From: a bacterium | GTDB taxonomy: Bacteria > JAMCPX01 | Length of the DNA: 64,000 bases | NCBI GenBank assembly: GCA_037439545.1 | Contig: JBBIVV010000005.1 | Span: 6,504 to 70,503 of the forward strand | Direction: 5' to 3' | Shown here: piece by piece, positions 59,294-64,000 of the stretch | How the letters are laid out: each line of letters opens with the position of its first letter | Numbering within the stretch: the stretch's first letter is position 1 | Notes under the pieces: model-generated | Database searches by the model: none | Told to the model about the DNA's origin: nothing | What the model saw: only the letters and a program-made list of their open reading frames with translations | Translations under genes and position numbers: made by a program

Positions 59294-59893
59294 ATGGTAG
59301 CCCCAAAAAAGAAAACTAAAAAAAAGAAAAAAATCGCAAAGCCGGCAGCCAGGCCGGTAAAGAAACCAACCAAAAAGATGATTCCAGTAGCTCATAAGAA
59401 ACTGCGAAAGGCGGGAACGAAGATAAAAATGAAACCGAAACCGGTAAAAAATGCAGCACGTAAGCGGACAAAGCCTCATGTAGAGTATGAACAGATCCGG
59501 CAAATGCTTCTCAAAATGAGAGCAGAAATTATGGACCAGCTGACAAAGAAAAAATCTTCTCTTGAAGAAGAAAAGACCGTAGAAATAGAGGATCTTGATG
59601 CAATAGCAGAGGATAGGAACAGGGAGTATGAGTATCTGTTGACAACAATGGATACAAAAAAGCTCAAACAGATAGACGAAGCACTCGCAAAGATAGGAAA
59701 CAAAACATACGGTATATGTGAGGAATGCGGCGAGGAAATACCTATTGCAAGATTAAAGATATTACCCTTTGCAAAGTTGTGCATTGACTGCGTTTCTAAT
59801 GTAGAAAAAGAAGAGGCACTTAAACAATCGCTTGAGAGTGAAAAAGACATATTTACCACGGGCAGCAACGAGGAAGAAAGTGATATAGAATAA
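59294..59893 (+). CDS. DksA/TraR-family C4 zinc-finger protein with N-terminal Lys/Pro/Ala-rich histone-H1-like tail
   Basis: C-terminal CEECGEEIPIARLKILPFAKLCIDC (CxxC-17-CxxC) preceded by a coiled-coil. The N-terminal approx 60 aa are more than 40 percent Lys (KKKTKKKKKIAKPAARPVKKPTKK...). The start is placed at the ATG after AAAGGAG. The track ORF starts at 59249. Confidence 0.6.
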   Translation: MVAPKKKTKKKKKIAKPAARPVKKPTKKMIPVAHKKLRKAGTKIKMKPKPVKNAARKRTKPHVEYEQIRQMLLKMRAEIMDQLTKKKSSLEEEKTVEIEDLDAIAEDRNREYEYLLTTMDTKKLKQIDEALAKIGNKTYGICEECGEEIPIARLKILPFAKLCIDCVSNVEKEEALKQSLESEKDIFTTGSNEEESDIE

Positions 59894-59906
59894 CGCAGGG
59901 GTGATT

Positions 59907-60944
59907 TTACGGGAATAAAGGCGGTGCTGTAAGCCCCTGTTTTTCGTCGAAGCCGAGCATAATATTCATATTCTGGATTGCCTGTCCTGCAGCACCTTTC
60001 ACGAGATTATCGATCGCAGAAAACAGGATTATGGTTGCATTTTCTTTATCATAGTGCACAGCAATGTCTATGTAGTTGGAGCCTTTTACCGCATGAACAT
60101 TCGGGAGGTCGGGGTATCGTAAGACCCTCACAAAAGGTTCATTCCGGTACGCCTCCAGCAGAATGGATTCAAGTTCGGCCTGACCTGTATTTTTATCCTG
60201 TGCCACAGCATATATAGTTGTAAAAATGCCCCTGTTCATTGGAACAAGGTGGGGTACAAAGGTTACATGCGTACCCTTTGAAAACTCTGATAATTCCTGG
60301 TCTATCTCCGGAATATGCCTGTGAGCAGACGGCTTATACGCCTTAAACCCCTCATTGACTTCAGAAAAGTGCAGGTCCTGGGAAGGGGCCCTTCCTGCTC
60401 CGGTTACACCGCTTTTTGCATCTATAATAATGTTTCTGCTTATTATTATTTTTTTCTTGAGGAGAGGTGCTATCGGTATAATTGAACCTGTGGGATAGCA
60501 TCCAGGATTGGCTATAAGTTTTGCATGTTTGATAGCATCCCTTTTCAATTCAGGCATGCCGTAAACAGCACTGTCAGCCAGTTTTTTTTCTATTTCAAAA
60601 CCATACCATTTTTTGAATACTTCCTGATTTTTTATCCTGAATGCACCGCTGAGATCGATTACAACCGTGTGGGGTTTGAGGAATTTATGGCATACCGAAG
60701 CAGACTGGTCGTGGGGCAGTGCAAGAAATACGACATCGAAGTCACGGTCATAGAGTTCACTTATTTTCTGACAGGTAAGTTTATAAACCCCGGCAAGCGA
60801 CGGTATAGCTTTATCGACAGTCTCTCCTGCGTGCCTGTCTGCACTTATTGCACTAACTTCAATGCCGCCGTGGCTGTATAAGAATCTTAATAATTCTATG
60901 CCAGAGTAACCAGTTGCACCTAATACGGCTACCCTTTTCATCAT
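59907..60944 (-). CDS. argC: N-acetyl-gamma-glutamyl-phosphate reductase
   Basis: 345 aa. VAVLGATGYSGIELLRFL Rossmann N-terminus and an active-site Cys region (IANPGCYPT). Confidence 0.9.
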   Translation of the reverse strand: MMKRVAVLGATGYSGIELLRFLYSHGGIEVSAISADRHAGETVDKAIPSLAGVYKLTCQKISELYDRDFDVVFLALPHDQSASVCHKFLKPHTVVIDLSGAFRIKNQEVFKKWYGFEIEKKLADSAVYGMPELKRDAIKHAKLIANPGCYPTGSIIPIAPLLKKKIIISRNIIIDAKSGVTGAGRAPSQDLHFSEVNEGFKAYKPSAHRHIPEIDQELSEFSKGTHVTFVPHLVPMNRGIFTTIYAVAQDKNTGQAELESILLEAYRNEPFVRVLRYPDLPNVHAVKGSNYIDIAVHYDKENATIILFSAIDNLVKGAAGQAIQNMNIMLGFDEKQGLTAPPLFP

Positions 60945-61336
60945 TATCTCTTTGAATACTGGAAGCGCTTTCTTGCGGCTTTCCTGCCGTATTTCTTTCT
61001 TTCCTTCATTCGCGGGTCTCTCGTGATCAAGCCTGCTTTTTTGAGTTCTGCCCTCAGATCGCCATTGAAGGCTATCAGTGCTTTCGTAATACCATGTGAA
61101 AAAGCCTGAGCCTGAGAAGACCAGCCGCCTCCGATAATATTTGCGACTACATCGAATTTTTTTTCTGTACTCGTCAGTTTGAATGGTTTTAATATATTTT
61201 CCCTCATGGTCAATACGGGAAAATATGCTTCCAAAGATTTTTTATTTATAACTATCTCACCAGAGCCCGGTCTGAGCCATACCCTTGCCGTGGCTGTTTT
61301 TCTTTTACCAACGCCGTGAAAGAGAAGTTCTGTCAT
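60944..61336 (-). CDS. rpsI: 30S ribosomal protein S9
   Basis: 130 aa ending in the conserved [18 protein letters not shown]. Confidence 0.95.
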   Translation of the reverse strand: MTELLFHGVGKRKTATARVWLRPGSGEIVINKKSLEAYFPVLTMRENILKPFKLTSTEKKFDVVANIIGGGWSSQAQAFSHGITKALIAFNGDLRAELKKAGLITRDPRMKERKKYGRKAARKRFQYSKR

Positions 61337-61782
61337 TTATTTGCCTCCGGATTATCTTTTTTGAGTTTGACGACCAATTGTGCAGCATGAGGGTGTTCGG
61401 CACCAGGGTATACCTTCAGTTTCGTTAAAAGCCTGTCGGCAAGTCTGTTCTTGGGCAGCATGCCTTTTACCGCATGCAGTATTACTTTTTCCGGCAGTCT
61501 TTTTAACAGATCTCCTGCACGCTCGCTTTTTAAACCACCGGGATACAGTGTGTGATGGTAATATCTTTTCTGTTCCACTTTGTTGCCGGTGAGCTTTATC
61601 TTCGCAGCATTTATCACTACTATAAAATCACCGGAATCAACCGCAGGGGTGTAGCTCGGCTTATCTTTTCCACGCAGCATTGTGGCTATGCGGGTAGCAA
61701 GTCTGCCCAAAACAGCACCGTTTGCATCTATCAAATGCCATGATTGTTTAATATTTTCTTTTTTTGCCAAATAGGTTTTCAT
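61333..61782 (-). CDS. rplM: 50S ribosomal protein L13
   Basis: 149 aa with the L13 signature. It overlaps rpsI by 4 nt. Confidence 0.95.
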   Translation of the reverse strand: MKTYLAKKENIKQSWHLIDANGAVLGRLATRIATMLRGKDKPSYTPAVDSGDFIVVINAAKIKLTGNKVEQKRYYHHTLYPGGLKSERAGDLLKRLPEKVILHAVKGMLPKNRLADRLLTKLKVYPGAEHPHAAQLVVKLKKDNPEANK

Positions 61783-61894
61783 ATATTTTTCCTTATCCGT
61801 TTACATTTATACACCAAAGAGCATCTGTATGGTAAATTATTTATATATAGCTGAAAAATTAAAAGTCAAGCAAACTTATGCATCATATCCCGAA

Positions 61895-64000
61895 TCAATA
61901 CAGGTAGGTAGTGTAGACTTTTCTCGTCCTTGCTGTTTTATCCATTAGTGTATCTAAAAATTCTTTCCCGGAATCCTGGCCTTTAAATCCCATCCTCATT
62001 GCTATCGGATAAAGGTCCTTTTCATTCCTGGAGATTTTTTCCACTGAAAAATCCCTGTCTATCCTCATCCTGTTTTCGATCTTCCTTAAAAACATATAAC
62101 CGTCTTTCAGCTTATCCATATCTTTTTTGCTTATGTATCCTTTTTCCATAAGAACTTCCAGGGCAAGAAAAGTATTTTTTTCGTATAGAGCAGGGTCCTC
62201 ACCACCGTAAAGCAGTTCAAGGTATTGAACGATAAACTCAATATCTATCAAACCGCCTATACCTTTTTTAAAGTTAAACTGAGCCGTATCATTCTCAATA
62301 CTTTTCTCAAGCCGTACGCGCATTTCGTGTATTTGTTTCCTTAACGAGTCATCCTTTTTAACGGAAGCGAGCACATCGTTGATTGCCAGAAAGACCCTGT
62401 CCACTAATTTTTGGGGGCCATACACGACCCTTGCTTTTAACAATGCCTGCTTTTCCCAAAGCATTGAGCTTTCCTTGTGGTACTGCATGAATGAATCAAT
62501 GTGCGCAACGAGCGGCCCAAGATTGCCGGAGGGCCTGAGTCTTGTATCTATATTGTAAGCGTATCCGCTTTCCGTCGAAACGCTTATCGCCGTGATGAAC
62601 CTCTGGACGACCTTTGAAAAGTATTCCTGTGCGGACATCTGCTTCGTTGTTTGCTTATCGCTGCTATAAATAAAAATGAGGTCAAGGTCGGAGTTGTAGT
62701 TCAGTTCCTTGCTCCCGAGCTTCCCCATACCGATAACCGCAATGCCGTTATCTTCTATGCCGGGGAGCGTACCATAAACGGGTTCAAGTTCCTCTATGAC
62801 AAACTTGAGCGTTATATTTATAATCACATCGGCAAGTACGCTCAACTGCTCGGACACTTCGACGATGTTCAGATCTCCGTTGATATCGTTTATACCCACT
62901 CTTAATGTTTCTTTGATTTTAAATTCCCTGATCAAACGCAGCTTGTCCTCGTAATCCGTGAGCTGGTGGTATGCTTCAGAAAGCTCGTCATACATTTCCT
63001 GGTATGTCCGTTCAAGGGAAACATAGCGTGCAAGTACCAGTGAATCCAAATACTCCGGATAATTTATGAGCAAGTGTGACAGGTAATCGGACATACTGAA
63101 AAACTGTATAAGTGTTGCGAGGGTTTTTGGATTTTCCTTGAGCAGTGAAAAGAATATTCCCCGTGCTCCAATCTTTTTCATAAACTCTACGAGATGTTCG
63201 AGCGCTGCATCAGGATCTACCGTTTCGGAAGCACCCTTCAAGAAAACGGGCGCAAGCCAGTTAAAAATACGTTTTGTCCGTTCGCTGTAGCGGGTATTCG
63301 GTATACCGTTTTTTAATAACTTCATGTATTCGAGTATCCTGTCGATGTCCCTGAATCCTATTGCCGAGAGCTTTAGCCTAATTGTTCCTTCGGGAATACC
63401 TTGCATGAATAATTGAACAATATCTTCAGGCCTCTGGGTTTCAATTATTTTTTCCTGTTCATAAAACAACGCCTGAAAGAAGCTGTGCACAATATCTTTT
63501 GCCTGAGAAAGACGTACAGATGCCCTGTTGTGCGCATCCGGGGCAAGCCTTTCCTCCGGCGTTACTATACCCCTGAGAACCCTCCGCTCATCCCTTTTAT
63601 CCGATGGCATTCTGTGGGTCTGCAGCATCTGGTACTGCTGGATCCTGTGTTCCAAAGTTCTGAGAATGATGTATGCTTGTTTGAGTTTTTCGGCATCATC
63701 CGGCTTCAGCATACTGAATCGGTTCAGCGCGTTGATAGCCTCCAAAGATGATCTTACCCTCAAACCTTTTTCTTTTCCTCCCCTGATTAACTGCATGACC
63801 TGAATGGCAAATTCCAGCTCCCGTATGCCGCCTTCTCCGAGTTTTACATCCCATGTCTGCTCCAGGCCTTTAATCAGGGAGAGCTGGATGCGCTGTTTAA
63901 TGTCCTTGAGTGCGTCTATGGTAGAAAAATCCAGATACCTTCTGAAGACAAACGGCTGTATTCCATCGAGAAACGCAGACGAAACCTTTTCATCCCCTGC
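61895..64000 (-). CDS. glnE: glutamine synthetase adenylyltransferase/adenylyl-removing enzyme GlnE (3' part; gene continues past window end)
   Basis: Nucleotidyltransferase motif (GMGKLGSKELNYNSDLDLIFIY). I hand-translated 63797 to 64000 on the minus strand and the frame stays open, encoding the GlnE hallmark ...DVKLGEGGIRELEFAIQVMQLIRGG. The N-terminus lies beyond 64000. Confidence 0.85.
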   Translation of the reverse strand, partial: AGDEKVSSAFLDGIQPFVFRRYLDFSTIDALKDIKQRIQLSLIKGLEQTWDVKLGEGGIRELEFAIQVMQLIRGGKEKGLRVRSSLEAINALNRFSMLKPDDAEKLKQAYIILRTLEHRIQQYQMLQTHRMPSDKRDERRVLRGIVTPEERLAPDAHNRASVRLSQAKDIVHSFFQALFYEQEKIIETQRPEDIVQLFMQGIPEGTIRLKLSAIGFRDIDRILEYMKLLKNGIPNTRYSERTKRIFNWLAPVFLKGASETVDPDAALEHLVEFMKKIGARGIFFSLLKENPKTLATLIQFFSMSDYLSHLLINYPEYLDSLVLARYVSLERTYQEMYDELSEAYHQLTDYEDKLRLIREFKIKETLRVGINDINGDLNIVEVSEQLSVLADVIINITLKFVIEELEPVYGTLPGIEDNGIAVIGMGKLGSKELNYNSDLDLIFIYSSDKQTTKQMSAQEYFSKVVQRFITAISVSTESGYAYNIDTRLRPSGNLGPLVAHIDSFMQYHKESSMLWEKQALLKARVVYGPQKLVDRVFLAINDVLASVKKDDSLRKQIHEMRVRLEKSIENDTAQFNFKKGIGGLIDIEFIVQYLELLYGGEDPALYEKNTFLALEVLMEKGYISKKDMDKLKDGYMFLRKIENRMRIDRDFSVEKISRNEKDLYPIAMRMGFKGQDSGKEFLDTLMDKTARTRKVYTTYLY

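Noticed and set aside
1-64000. CRISPR arrays, IS elements, integrases, rRNA or tRNA genes
   Set aside because: I found no regularly spaced direct repeats and no transposase or integrase-like ORFs. The only tRNA-like element, a T-arm-like hairpin at 24118 to 24137, lacks a matching acceptor stem and has an 8-nt loop.

Overview
The window is dense, chromosomal-looking bacterial DNA of moderate GC. I found no rRNA or tRNA genes, no CRISPR array, and no transposase or integrase. Several genes suggest a Desulfobacterota or Nitrospirota-like anaerobe: sigma-54 activators, a pilB-pilT-pilC-pilS-pilR cluster, a multiheme cytochrome, and acyl-CoA dehydrogenase, thiolase and DUF35 genes. The taxonomic call is inference from gene content only. 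Recognisable genes, in order along the window: a partial sigma-54 activator and tatC; a Ser/Thr kinase with a C-terminal PEGA domain, then DUF192, a TPR protein and a second PEGA protein; two TrkA-type proteins, a universal stress protein and an APC permease; a SurA-N-like chaperone and a ROK kinase; a minus-strand run of a DUF218 protein, an asparagine synthase homolog, a DegT aminotransferase, pccB and accC; overlapping gatB, asmA and mtnA; a GAF-GGDEF-EAL protein, an AmmeMemoRadiSam-type radical SAM enzyme and an EndoQ-like PHP nuclease; a GH5 lipoprotein, class II fba and a YfhO-family protein; acyl-CoA dehydrogenases, a DUF3617 protein and a MutY-like glycosylase lacking the Fe-S cysteines; thiolase and DUF35; DUF1015, tsaC, purE and a GT-C glycosyltransferase; a 1236-aa S8 protease with FG-GAP repeats; an OYE/FadH-like reductase; pilB, pilT, pilC, pilS and pilR; a putative outer-membrane beta-barrel and a 13-heme lipoprotein cytochrome; a DksA/TraR zinc-finger protein with a lysine-rich tail; argC, rpsI and rplM; and a partial glnE. 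The most interesting spot is the position directly after pilR, where related bacteria such as Geobacter carry a pilin gene. Here a predicted beta-barrel and a 13-heme lipoprotein cytochrome sit instead, closed by a strong terminator, which makes a porin-cytochrome-like electron conduit plausible. Other observations worth a second look are a kinase and PEGA surface module, a protease and glycosyltransferase pair with an odd C-terminal anchor, a DksA-like protein with a histone-H1-like tail, an orphan radical SAM enzyme next to EndoQ, a triple AAATTTCTAAT motif upstream of accC, and a structured leader before a degenerate GGDEF gene. The ORF track uses TTG and GTG as well as ATG starts, so several start codons were re-placed by hand using ribosome-binding-site context.
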